Source of the DNA: Fibrobacterota bacterium
Lineage (GTDB): Bacteria > Fibrobacterota > Fibrobacteria > UBA11236
NCBI GenBank assembly: GCA_947466585.1
Contig: CANIEU010000008.1
Coordinates: 30,797 to 94,796 of the forward strand
Direction of reading: 5' to 3'
DNA length: 64,000 bases
The notes below the pieces were generated by a model that saw nothing but the letters and a program-made list of their open reading frames with translations, was not told the DNA's origin and did no database searches. Of this stretch, positions 9,333 through 19,465 are shown piece by piece. A program made the position numbers and the translations under genes. Position 1 is the stretch's first letter; every line of letters begins with the position of its first letter.

Positions 9333-10342
9333 CGCAAACGACGCAACCACAACTGACACTCGTCATTCCCGCCTTCAATGAGTCGGAGAGCTTACCCACC
9401 CTGCTCGAGGAAATCCGCGTGGTGTGCGAAACCCACGGCATCACCTATGAAGTGATCGTGATGGATGACGGCAGCACCGACGGCACTTTCGAAACCGTGC
9501 GTAAGGCCAACCTTCTTGACGCGCGCGTGCACGGCATACGCTTCCGCCGCAACTGCGGCAAGGCCGCCGCGCTCGCCGAGGGCTTCCGCCGCGCACGCGG
9601 CCGCAGCATCATCACCATGGATGCCGACCTTCAGGACAATCCCGCGGAGATCCCGCCTCTGCTCAAAATGCTCGACGACGGGGCCGACATGGTCTCGGGT
9701 TGGAAAAAAATCCGCCACGATCCCTGGCACAAAACCGCGCCTTCCAAGTTGTTCAATGCCGTCACGGCCTCCGCATCGGGCATCAAGCTCCACGATTTCA
9801 ACTGCGGCCTCAAGGCCTACCGCGCCGAGGTGGTGCAAAGCATCGATCTGTACGGCGAGCTGCACCGCTACATCCCCGTGCTCGCGCACTGGAATGGATT
9901 CAAGGTGGCCGAGAAGGTTGTGGAACACCGCGCGCGCCGCTTCGGCATTTCCAAGTACGGTTGGGCCCGCTTCACCAACGGCCTGTTCGATCTGGTGACC
10001 TTGCTGTTCCTTCACAAGTACACCCGCCGCCCGCTGCACCTGTTCGGATTCGTGGGCCTGCTCTTCACCTTGCTGGGCGTGGCCGTGTTGCTCGGGTTCG
10101 GTGTGGACTGGATCATGACCGGCACCTTGCATCTGCGCCCCCTCATGCTCGCCGCCGTGGCCTCCATGCTCGTGGGTATCCAGTTCGTGTCGATCGGCTT
10201 ACTCGGCGAAATGATCAACCAGCGCTTCGCCTCTTCTTCACCTCCGCCGCCGATTTCCGCAACCACTCCGGGGGCTCCAGTCTGTTTTGATGGTTTGGAC
10301 GGTGCCGAAGGTTCCGGAACCGCCGCGCGCGCGGGATCCTAA
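9329..10342 (+). CDS. GT2 polyprenyl-phosphate glycosyltransferase (GtrB/ArnC-like) with two C-terminal TM helices
   Basis: LTLVIPAFNESESL, VIVMDDGSTDGT, NCGKAAALAEGF, ITMDADLQDNPAEIP (DXD), then hydrophobic C-terminus; GTG start in GTGA overlap. Confidence 0.85.
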   Translation: MTQTTQPQLTLVIPAFNESESLPTLLEEIRVVCETHGITYEVIVMDDGSTDGTFETVRKANLLDARVHGIRFRRNCGKAAALAEGFRRARGRSIITMDADLQDNPAEIPPLLKMLDDGADMVSGWKKIRHDPWHKTAPSKLFNAVTASASGIKLHDFNCGLKAYRAEVVQSIDLYGELHRYIPVLAHWNGFKVAEKVVEHRARRFGISKYGWARFTNGLFDLVTLLFLHKYTRRPLHLFGFVGLLFTLLGVAVLLGFGVDWIMTGTLHLRPLMLAAVASMLVGIQFVSIGLLGEMINQRFASSSPPPPISATTPGAPVCFDGLDGAEGSGTAARAGS

Positions 10343-10346
10343 GTCG

Positions 10347-11231
10347 ATGCGCATTCTGATCGCAGGCTGCAACGGCCTGCTCGGTCAAAACCTGTTGCGC
10401 ACCGCCCCCTCGGGGCACGCACTGATCGGCCTTGCGCGGCACTCGGAAGCGGCCCTGCCCGAACGGCTCGGCGCGTACCACGCCCGCGACATCGCCGACC
10501 CCGCCACCTGGGACTTCGTCCGTGAAATGCTGAAGCCCGATTTCATCTTCAACGCCGCCGCCTACACCGACGTGGATGGTTGCGAACGCGATCCCGCCCA
10601 ATGCGAACGCATCAACCGCGACGCCGTGCGGGCCATGGCGGCCACCGGCATTCCACTCGTGCAGGTCTCGACCGATTACGTGTTCGACGGAACGGCGGGC
10701 CCCTATACCGAAGAAGATACCGTGAATCCGCTGAGCGTCTACGGCCGCGTCAAACTGGAATCGGAAGTGGCCGCGCTTGCAGGCAGCGCTTCCAACCTCG
10801 TGGTGCGGACCATGTGGGTGTGGGGCAAAGGAAAAGGGGCTAAAAAAAGCTTCACCGACTTCGTGCGTGAATCCTTACAAGCCGAAAAACCGGCACGCAT
10901 CGTCTCGGACCAGATCGGCAACCCGACCTTGGCCGAAGATCTCGCCTTGGCCATTTGGGTTTTAGTCGGATCGAAGTGCTCCGGAGTCTATCACGTTACG
11001 GGATCGGAGCGCGTCAGTCGTCTCGACTGGGCGCGGAGCGTGGCGAAGTTCTACGGACTGGATTCTGCCGCACACGCGGCGCTCATCACGCCGGTGACGA
11101 CTGCGGAATTGAAACTGCCTGCCGCGCGTCCACTGTTATCGGGCCTGCGCTGCGAAAAGCTTGAGCGAGACACGGGCCTCGTGCTCGGCGGACTCGACGC
11201 CCAGTTGCTGGACCATCGAGCCGCCGGGTAA
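10347..11231 (+). CDS. rfbD: RmlD-type SDR (dTDP-4-dehydrorhamnose reductase-like)
   Basis: MRILIAGCNGLLGQNL Rossmann N-terminus, STDYVFDG, YGRVKLESE catalytic YxxxK; start moved to ATG 10347 because the upstream part of ORF 10287 overlaps the preceding gene. Confidence 0.8.
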   Translation: MRILIAGCNGLLGQNLLRTAPSGHALIGLARHSEAALPERLGAYHARDIADPATWDFVREMLKPDFIFNAAAYTDVDGCERDPAQCERINRDAVRAMAATGIPLVQVSTDYVFDGTAGPYTEEDTVNPLSVYGRVKLESEVAALAGSASNLVVRTMWVWGKGKGAKKSFTDFVRESLQAEKPARIVSDQIGNPTLAEDLALAIWVLVGSKCSGVYHVTGSERVSRLDWARSVAKFYGLDSAAHAALITPVTTAELKLPAARPLLSGLRCEKLERDTGLVLGGLDAQLLDHRAAG

Positions 11232-11256
11232 TTCCCGCTCTCACCAATTTGGTTCT

Positions 11257-11490
11257 TTAGAATTCGATCGTTGTCTTTTCAGACAACGAGACGGACTTTC
11301 CGTTTTGAACCGCCGTCACGCGCACCGTATACATGCCCGCGGAAACTTCGCGGCCATCCGCAGACTTGCCGTTCCACGACAGCTCGTTGGATCCGGTACG
11401 CTCGCCGCTTTCAAGCCCTCCCCTATCGGGTCGGGGGGGGCGAAGGCCTCTCCATCCAGCTATATTCTTTCGCGAATCCCCTGAACCCAT
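11257..11490 (-). pseudogene. orphan fragment of a FlgD-Ig/T9SS-type C-terminal domain
   Basis: Only the last ~45 aa of ORF 11257..11805 look real: ELSWNGKSADGREVSAGMYTVRVTAVQNGKSVSLSEKTTIEF*, resembling the C-terminal sorting/Ig-like domain of secreted proteins. No upstream catalytic part; the rest of the ORF overlaps the + strand gene. A G8 run lies at 11433-11440. Confidence 0.35.
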
Positions 11491-11514
11491 CCTCCCTGAT
11501 TTCGGATCCAGACC

Positions 11515-12222
11515 ATGCCCAAAACCCTGATCATTATCCCCACCTACAACGAGATCGAGAATCTCCCGTTGATGATTCCCGCTTTGGAGGCGCTCGACCT
11601 CGGGCTTGAGGTGCTGATCGTGGACGACGGTTCCCCCGACGGCACGGGTGCCTGGGTCAAGGAGCAGCAAGCCGCCAAACCGCATCTGCATCTGATCGCG
11701 CGCAAGGGTAAGCAGGGGCTGGGCTCCGCATACGTGCGGGGGTTTCGCTACGCGCTGGAGCACAATTACGATTTCGTGTTTGAAATGGATGCGGACTTTT
11801 CGCACGACCCGAGTTATCTGAAAGACTTTCTCGCGGCGATCCAGGACGCCGACGTGGTGATCGGCAGCCGCTACATCAACGGGGTGAACGTCGTGAACTG
11901 GCCCATGAGCCGGTTGCTGCTGAGTTACTTCGCCAACATGTACGCGCGTTGGATCACAGGTATTCCCGTGCGCGACGCCACCGGCGGCTTCAAGTGCTTC
12001 CGCGCGGATGCCCTGCGCAAGCTCAACCTCGACGGCATCAGCTCGGGCGGCTATTCGTTCCAGATCGAAGTGAACTACAAGCTGTGGAAGAAGGGTTGCC
12101 GCATCCGCGAAATCCCCATCATCTTCAAGGACCGCACGGCGGGCACCTCGAAGATGTCGGGCGGCATCATCCGCGAAGCGCTGTTCCTGCTGATCAAGTT
12201 GCGCCTGGGTGGCGGGCGCTAA
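11515..12222 (+). CDS. polyprenol monophosphomannose synthase (DPM1/Ppm1-like GT2)
   Basis: LIIIPTYNEIENL, VLIVDDGSPDGTG, GKQGLGSAYVRGF, FVFEMDADFSHDP; 235 aa soluble GT2 typical of dolichyl/polyprenyl-phosphate mannose synthases. Confidence 0.85.
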   Translation: MPKTLIIIPTYNEIENLPLMIPALEALDLGLEVLIVDDGSPDGTGAWVKEQQAAKPHLHLIARKGKQGLGSAYVRGFRYALEHNYDFVFEMDADFSHDPSYLKDFLAAIQDADVVIGSRYINGVNVVNWPMSRLLLSYFANMYARWITGIPVRDATGGFKCFRADALRKLNLDGISSGGYSFQIEVNYKLWKKGCRIREIPIIFKDRTAGTSKMSGGIIREALFLLIKLRLGGGR

Positions 12223-12469
12223 GCGCCCTCACTTTGCCTCGACTGTCAATCCTGTTCCGATTTGCGCGGCGGATTCATTCGCGTGATTTATAGTGAGAGC
12301 GGCCAGAGACTCAAGGCCGTCTTCTTTTCGAAATGAGGTGCGAACCGGAGAAAGGCCCGAAACCTCGTTCGAAATGGAACCCCGAACTAGTTTGAAGGGT
12401 GGCCACATGACTATGCAATCTGTAGCTCCCCAAGACTCCGACTCTCTATTCCTGCTATATTCCCTGCCC

Positions 12470-14077
12470 ATGTCCGGCATCTCCGTCATCATCGTCTCCT
12501 ACAATGTGCGCGAGCTGCTCGACGCTTGCCTGCAAAGCGTACGGCATGCCGCGGCACACTTCGCCCGCGAACGCGGTGGCAAGCTCGAAGTCGTGGTATT
12601 CGACAACGACTCGCGTGACGGAACCATCTCCCTGCTCAAACCCCGCTGGCCCGACCTCACCTGGATCGCCTCCGACCGCAACCTGGGATTCGGCACCGGC
12701 TGCAATCGCGGAGCCGCCGCTGCCACCCAAGATCTGCTGCTCTTTTTGAATCCCGATACGCTGGTGCGCGAAGACACCTTCACCGTGATGGCGGATTTCT
12801 TCTCGTCTCACGACGATGCCGGAGCCGTGGGCTGCAAGGTGGTCAATCGCGATGGCAGTTTGCAGGCGGCCTCCAAGCGGGGTTTCCCCTCCCCGCGTGT
12901 GGCTGCCTACAAGTTCTTGGGGCTCAGCAATCTGTTTCCGCAAAGCCGGGTGTTCGGCCAGTACAACCTCACCTATCTCGACGAAAACGACACGCACGAG
13001 GTGGATGCCGTATCGGGCTCGTTCTTGTGCGTTCGCGCCAACGTTTACCACAGGGTTTACGGCTTCGACGAAGACTTCTTCATGTACGGCGAAGATCTCG
13101 ACCTCTGCTTCCGGATCAAGTCGCTGGGCTACCGCAACTATTATCACCCCGCCACGCAGGTGGTGCACTTCAAGGGCGAGAGCGCGAAGAGCCGCCCGTT
13201 GCGTTCGTTCTTTTACTTCCACGAAGCGATGATCCTGTTTTCGCGCAAACATCTGGAGTTGCGCGCCTTGCCCGGCGGATTGCTCACGGTGGGCGTAGTC
13301 GTGCTCGGCATCGCGAATTTCGTTTCGTCGCGCTTTCGCAAATGGCCGCGCTGGATGGCCGACATGGTGGTGGTGAACGGAATTCTCGCCGTACTCGCCT
13401 ACGCCTACCACGTGGCGCGCGGCATTCCGCACATCGCGGTGTCATCGCCCGGGCTGTATGCGATCTGGCATTTGTTCGCTTCGTTGTCGGTACTACTGCC
13501 GATGGTTTGGCTCGGCGACTACGGGTCGCGGGTAGCCTCGCCGCGCAACGCCTGGTTCGCCACGGTGACCGGGTTTCTCGCGTTCTTCTCGATCGGATTT
13601 TTTCTGCATGAACATGCGTTCTCGCGCATCGTGTTCGGCGCCACCGGCGTGGCCAGCTCGCTTTCGATCGCGGGATGGCGCTGGTTCGGCGAACGCGGGG
13701 GAAGATTGTTCCGGCGCATCATGGGCGGCACCAAGCGCATCGCGATTTTGGGAACGGGCGAGCGGGCGCAGATGCTCGCGAGCCTAATCCAGGGCGAGGC
13801 GCTCGAGGGTTACGAATGCGTGGGCTTCATTCACTTTCCCGCCGGCCCCGTGCCGGGAACCGTACGCCCCGGTGTGATCGGGGATCTGGACGCCATCGCG
13901 GGGCTCGCGCGCAAGCTCGATTTGCAGGGCGTGATCATCGCACTCGAAGAAGACTCTTACCCCGCAGCCTTGCAGGTACTGGAACGCAAAGGGGCCCGTA
14001 CACTCGAAGTCAAAATGCTGCTCGGCGAGCCGACGGCCGAGAAGATCACCCTGGTCGACCTCAACTTCGAAAAATAG
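12470..14077 (+). CDS. GT2 glycosyltransferase fused to a TM block and a C-terminal Rossmann (CoA_binding_3-like) domain
   Basis: N-terminus SVIIVSYNVRELL, VVVFDNDSRDGT, FMYGEDLDLCFR (GT2). Then ~5 hydrophobic segments. Then KRIAILGTGERAQMLASLI...CVGFI...GVIIAL like the pre-catalytic domain of WbaP/WcaJ-type phosphoglycosyltransferases. Start ATG 12470 preferred over GTG 12293. Confidence 0.7.
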   Translation: MSGISVIIVSYNVRELLDACLQSVRHAAAHFARERGGKLEVVVFDNDSRDGTISLLKPRWPDLTWIASDRNLGFGTGCNRGAAAATQDLLLFLNPDTLVREDTFTVMADFFSSHDDAGAVGCKVVNRDGSLQAASKRGFPSPRVAAYKFLGLSNLFPQSRVFGQYNLTYLDENDTHEVDAVSGSFLCVRANVYHRVYGFDEDFFMYGEDLDLCFRIKSLGYRNYYHPATQVVHFKGESAKSRPLRSFFYFHEAMILFSRKHLELRALPGGLLTVGVVVLGIANFVSSRFRKWPRWMADMVVVNGILAVLAYAYHVARGIPHIAVSSPGLYAIWHLFASLSVLLPMVWLGDYGSRVASPRNAWFATVTGFLAFFSIGFFLHEHAFSRIVFGATGVASSLSIAGWRWFGERGGRLFRRIMGGTKRIAILGTGERAQMLASLIQGEALEGYECVGFIHFPAGPVPGTVRPGVIGDLDAIAGLARKLDLQGVIIALEEDSYPAALQVLERKGARTLEVKMLLGEPTAEKITLVDLNFEK

Positions 14078-14095
14078 AGTGCGCCGGGGGAGTCG

Positions 14096-14182
14096 GATTT
14101 GACCGAAAACCGGTCGATTTGGACCCTTTTTTGGTCATTTCAGGTCATTTTGACCCGATTTTATGTGATTTTGGTTGATTTT
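14096..14182. repeat. helically phased (G/C)ATTT(T) repeats with alternating GGTC/GACC, upstream of accA
   Basis: (G/C)ATTT at 14096, 14116, 14136, 14146, 14157, 14167, 14177 (spacings 20, 20, 10, 11, 10, 10 nt). GACC/GGTC motifs at about 14101, 14112, 14122, 14133, 14143, 14152. Confidence 0.6.
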
Positions 14183-14279
14183 CCGCCCGTTCAACTGCTA
14201 CCTTGGAACGTCTTATCTTTCGCAGCGTACGCGGCCCTTCCCTGTTTTCCATATAGGATCGGCCTGAAAGGATTTCGAC

Positions 14280-15236
14280 ATGCCCGTACCCAAGGGGCCC
14301 CATCTCGAGTTCGAACAGCCGGTCGTGGAACTGGCGATGAAAATCGAGGACTTGCTCAAGACCGGCACCATCACCGATTCCGACGTCAAGAGCCTTCAGG
14401 GCAAAAAAGAAGCCCTGCAAAAGAAGATTTCCGCCAAGCTCACTTCCTGGAACCGCATCGAGTTGGCCCGCCGCGCCGGCCGCCCGTTCACGCTCGACTA
14501 CGTCAAAAGCATCTTCACCGATTTTGTGGAGCTGCACGGTGACCGCCGCTTCGGCGACGACCCGGCCATGGTGTGCGGCCTCGCGCGCCTCGGCGACCAG
14601 AGTGTGATGATCGTCGGCCAGCAAAAGGGCCGCGACACCAAGGAAAGCATTCGCCGCAACTTCGGCATGGCGAACCCGGAAGGGTATCGCAAGGCGTTGC
14701 GCTGCATGATCATGGCCGAGAAATTCGGTTTGCCGGTCATCTCGTTCATCGACACCCCCGGAGCTTTTCCGGGACTCGGTGCCGAAGAGCGCGGACAGGG
14801 CGAAGCCATCGCCGTGAACCTGATGGAAATGGCCGTGCTGCGCGTGCCGATCCTTGCGGTGGTGATCGGCGAAGGCGCCAGCGGCGGCGCGCTCGGCATC
14901 GGCGTGGGCGATCGCCTGCTGATGCTGGAGAACGCGTGGTATGGCGTGATTTCTCCCGAATCGTGCAGCGCGATTTTGTGGGGCGACAGCAGCAAGAAGC
15001 AGGAACTCAGCGGCACCATGAAGATCACCGCCGACGACTTGAAGGCTCTGGGCGTGATCGACCGCATCGTTCCCGAACCCTTAGGCGGCGCGCACTGGGA
15101 TCCCGAAGCGATGTACGAGACCTTGGGTGCCGTACTGCGCGAAGAGATCGCCAAACTGCAGGGGGTGAACATCGATGCCCTGCTGCGCAAGCGCGCCGAG
15201 AAATATGCGGCGATGGCCAAGTTCGCCGAGAAATAA
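14280..15236 (+). CDS. accA: acetyl-CoA carboxylase carboxyltransferase subunit alpha
   Basis: LEFEQPVVELAMKIEDL N-terminus, FIDTPGAFPGLGAEERGQGEAIA, GEGASGGALGIGVGD. Confidence 0.93.
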   Translation: MPVPKGPHLEFEQPVVELAMKIEDLLKTGTITDSDVKSLQGKKEALQKKISAKLTSWNRIELARRAGRPFTLDYVKSIFTDFVELHGDRRFGDDPAMVCGLARLGDQSVMIVGQQKGRDTKESIRRNFGMANPEGYRKALRCMIMAEKFGLPVISFIDTPGAFPGLGAEERGQGEAIAVNLMEMAVLRVPILAVVIGEGASGGALGIGVGDRLLMLENAWYGVISPESCSAILWGDSSKKQELSGTMKITADDLKALGVIDRIVPEPLGGAHWDPEAMYETLGAVLREEIAKLQGVNIDALLRKRAEKYAAMAKFAEK

Positions 15237-15313
15237 TTCCGGGACGCTGCGCATTTTCTCCGTTCGAATGACACTTTCAGGATTCTGCTCTCTTCTCTAA
15301 TCCGGACAACCTC

Positions 15314-15559
15314 ATGGTCGACCCTCAATTGCTCGAAATCCTTTGCTGCCCCGAGACCAAGCAGGACGTGGCGCTCGCGCCCGCGGCCCTGATCGAGGAT
15401 TTGAACCGCCAGGTGCTCGCGGGCACGCTGCGCAACCGCACGGGCGGCCCGGTGCGCGAGACCCTCGACGCGGGCTTGCTGCGCGCCGACGGCAAGGTGC
15501 TCTACCCGATCCGCGACGACATTCCGGTGATGCTCATCGACGAGGCGATTCCGCTGTGA
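15314..15559 (+). CDS. Trm112 family protein
   Basis: 81 aa, LLEILCCPETKQDV ... [18 protein letters not shown], typical Trm112/YcaR pattern. Confidence 0.8.
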   Translation: MVDPQLLEILCCPETKQDVALAPAALIEDLNRQVLAGTLRNRTGGPVRETLDAGLLRADGKVLYPIRDDIPVMLIDEAIPL

Positions 15560-16224
15560 TCGAAACGGCGGTGCGGAGCGAGCCCGATTTCGCTCCTGAT
15601 CTGGAACCCGGTTTCGCGCGCCGCGCGGAAGGCCTGCACCTGCGTGGAGACAGCGCGGCCGCATTGCGGATTCTCACCGCCGGCGCCGCGCGCGACCCCG
15701 GAGATTTGACGACCCGTTTGGTTCTCGCCCGCGTGTGCCGCGAGACCGGGCGCGAAGACGAGGCCCGCGACTGGCTGGAGTCGGCCTTGCGGTCCGATCC
15801 GGATTGCCCCGCCGCCTTGTTTCAACTTTCGGAATTATTAGAAGGGTTGGAAGAAACTGGCGCCGCGGCGCACCGCGATCCGCTGCGGACCCGGTTGCGC
15901 ACGCAAGAGCCCTGGGACTCCGGATACGAGGTCGCAGACGCAGTGGTTTTTCGGAACGAGGTGCCCGCGTCGGCGCCCCGGCTCGAACCGCGTGCCGTCC
16001 CCAAAGACACTACCCCGACCTTCACCTTTCCGGTGCGGGAAGAGGAAGAAGAGCCCGAAATTGAGGAAAATTCGGCCCCTCATGTTGCCACGGTTACTTT
16101 GGCCGAGATATATTTGCAACAAGGCCTGAAAGAGCAGGCAGCCCAGATTTATCGCCAGCTGCTCGAGAGGCAGCCCGGGGACGACTCGGTGCGCAGGCGC
16201 CTTCAAGAGATCGAAGGAATTTGA
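15556..16224 (+). CDS. TPR-repeat protein
   Basis: GTG 15556 in GTGA overlap with the trm112 stop. TPR-like helices ([35 protein letters not shown]; [28 protein letters not shown]). The N-terminal part of track ORF 15343 overlaps trm112 and was trimmed. Confidence 0.6.
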   Translation: MIETAVRSEPDFAPDLEPGFARRAEGLHLRGDSAAALRILTAGAARDPGDLTTRLVLARVCRETGREDEARDWLESALRSDPDCPAALFQLSELLEGLEETGAAAHRDPLRTRLRTQEPWDSGYEVADAVVFRNEVPASAPRLEPRAVPKDTTPTFTFPVREEEEEPEIEENSAPHVATVTLAEIYLQQGLKEQAAQIYRQLLERQPGDDSVRRRLQEIEGI

Positions 16225-16298
16225 AACTTTAAGCGCCGAACCCGGTTCACGGGTAGCGGTCGGAGACGGTTTAACCGGTTTCCGAAGGGGATCCCAGC

Positions 16299-16793
16299 AT
16301 GCAGCTTTCCGACGTCACCAACCTGGTCAAACTGCTCGACAAAAGCGGTCTCGCCGAAATGCGCTTCAGCGACGGTACTTTCAGCCTGGTGCTGAAGAAG
16401 GAGTCGCGTCAGGTTGCCGCCGCTCCGGCATATTACGCGGCTCCCGCAGCCCCGGCCCCGGGTGCTGCGGCCCCTGCCGCAGCACCCGGGGCTCCTTCCT
16501 CCAGCCCTGCCGAACGTGCAGCCGCTTCGGCCGAGAAGGCCGCCGCTTCGGGCCTCAAAGATGTGACCTCCCCGATGGTCGGCACGTACTATTCCAGCTC
16601 TTCTCCCGGTTCCCCCGGATTGGCGCAGGTCGGCACCATGGTGAAGCCCGGCCAGGTCGTGTGCATCATCGAAGCCATGAAGATCATGAACGAGATCGAA
16701 TGCGACGTGTCGGGCGAGATCGTCGAAGTGTGCGTGACCAACGAGACTCCGGTGGAGTACGGCACCGTCCTTTTCCGCGTCCGTCCGGCCTAG
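16299..16793 (+). CDS. accB: acetyl-CoA carboxylase biotin carboxyl carrier protein
   Basis: Ala/Pro-rich linker and biotinylation motif [13 protein letters not shown]; directly upstream of accC. Confidence 0.93.
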   Translation: MQLSDVTNLVKLLDKSGLAEMRFSDGTFSLVLKKESRQVAAAPAYYAAPAAPAPGAAAPAAAPGAPSSSPAERAAASAEKAAASGLKDVTSPMVGTYYSSSSPGSPGLAQVGTMVKPGQVVCIIEAMKIMNEIECDVSGEIVEVCVTNETPVEYGTVLFRVRPA

Positions 16794-16801
16794 GAGGCGC
16801 G

Positions 16802-18163
<1,362 letters not shown>

Positions 18164-18204
18164 TCGCCAGGCATTTGCCACGGCAGTTCCCGAACCCTTT
18201 ATTC

Positions 18205-18238
18205 AGGCCGGATTTCCTTCGAAATCCGGCCTTTTTTA
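18205..18238 (+). terminator. rho-independent terminator after accC
   Basis: AGGCCGGATTT / AAATCCGGCCT stem (18205-18215 / 18222-18232) followed by a T6 run. Confidence 0.8.
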
Positions 18239-18272
18239 TTGAATCCGCCCCATTTTTCTAGGTTTGCTTTCC

Positions 18273-19250
18273 ATGTCCAACTCCCGTAGCATCACTTCCG
18301 CCGCCGAACTGCGCGGCGTCTGGCCCGCCCTCTTCACCCCGCTCCTGAACGACGATCCGAAGCGCTTGCGCAATTCGATCGACTACGCCAAGGCCAAGCT
18401 GATCATCGACGACATGATCGCCGCGGGCGTGACCGGCATCGTGCCCGTGGGCACCACGGGCCAAAGCCCCACGGTGAGCCCCGAGCAACACCTCGACATG
18501 ATCCGCTTCACGGTCGAATACGTCGCGGGTCGCGTTCCCGTCATCGCGGGCGCAGGTTCCAATTCCACGCGCGAGTCGGTGGACATGATCCAGGACATTC
18601 AAAAGGCGCTTGGCCCCACCGCAGTGCTCTGCGTCACGGGATACTACAACAATCCGCCGCAAGAAGGATTGGTTTCGCACTTCGAAACGCTCTCCGCCGA
18701 AACCGGTGCGAAGATCGTGCTCTACAATGTGCCCTCGCGCACTGTAAGCTACCTCGAGCCCGAAACACTGATCCGCCTCGCGGCCGACAAGAACATCATC
18801 GGCCTCAAGCAGGCGATTGACTTCCGCACACCGGGCAAGCACCGCGACGACACCGCCAAGGTGATCGCGGGGACCAAGGGCATGGACTTCGCCACCGTGA
18901 GCGGCGAGGACGACGGCGTGGCCGCGATTCTCGAGCTCGGCGGTTCGGGCGTGATCACCGCATCGGGAAACATTCCCGAATTGGCGAAGATCTTTCTCGG
19001 GATCGTGGCGGCGCATGGCGCCGGGGACGCTGCGAAGGCGAAGAGCCTGCAGGACGACGCGATGCCTTTTGTGCGGGCGGTGTTCTCCCGCAAGAATCCG
19101 ATTCCTCTCGGGACTCTGTTCGACTCCCCGATGTTTCAGCCTCTCGTGTCGGTCCGCGAAACCGCAGGCGGCGAAGCGTTGCACGCGGAGCTGTTGCAGT
19201 TCATCCGCGACAAGGCTCCGAGTTTGAAGAAGTATCACGCGTCGATTTAA
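18273..19250 (+). CDS. dapA: 4-hydroxy-tetrahydrodipicolinate synthase family protein
   Basis: GIVPVGTTGQSPTVSPEQH, VIAGAGSNSTRES, LYNVPSRT, GLKQA (Schiff-base Lys). GTTGQS replaces the usual GTTGES, so exact substrate is uncertain. ATG 18273 preferred over TTG 18264. Confidence 0.75.
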   Translation: MSNSRSITSAAELRGVWPALFTPLLNDDPKRLRNSIDYAKAKLIIDDMIAAGVTGIVPVGTTGQSPTVSPEQHLDMIRFTVEYVAGRVPVIAGAGSNSTRESVDMIQDIQKALGPTAVLCVTGYYNNPPQEGLVSHFETLSAETGAKIVLYNVPSRTVSYLEPETLIRLAADKNIIGLKQAIDFRTPGKHRDDTAKVIAGTKGMDFATVSGEDDGVAAILELGGSGVITASGNIPELAKIFLGIVAAHGAGDAAKAKSLQDDAMPFVRAVFSRKNPIPLGTLFDSPMFQPLVSVRETAGGEALHAELLQFIRDKAPSLKKYHASI

Positions 19251-19269
19251 CGCGCGGACTTCATCTCCT

Positions 19270-19461
19270 TCACTCGTCGTCCGTTGCCGTCGTGACGCGC
19301 GGATTGCCGCGATCGTCGACTGTCACGGTCATTTCGATCGGCCGGCAGCAGACGTGGCAATCCTCGATGTAATCCTGATGCTCCACAGAACGATCGACTT
19401 CGATCGTGATGGTTTCTCCGCAATACGGGCAGCGAGCGCGGACTTCTTTGACGTCGTTCAT
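19270..19461 (-). CDS. CPXCG motif-containing cysteine-rich protein
   Basis: 63 aa MNDVKEVRARCPYCGETITIEVD...YIEDCHVCCRPIE. Start ATG 19461, 4 nt after the upstream gene's stop. The rest of track ORF 19270..19722 is overlap. Confidence 0.75.
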   Translation of the reverse strand: MNDVKEVRARCPYCGETITIEVDRSVEHQDYIEDCHVCCRPIEMTVTVDDRGNPRVTTATDDE

Positions 19462-19465
19462 GCCG

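Noticed and set aside
11491-11805. N-terminal two thirds of track ORF 11257..11805 (182 aa, minus strand)
   Set aside because: This part overlaps the start of the well-supported Ppm1-like gene on the plus strand and shows no protein-like features. Only the C-terminal ~45-77 aa were kept, as a fragment.
15343-15555. N-terminal extension of the TPR-protein ORF (track ORF 15343..16224)
   Set aside because: It lies entirely inside the conserved Trm112 gene in another frame. A GTG at 15556 in a GTGA stop/start overlap gives a normal operon junction.
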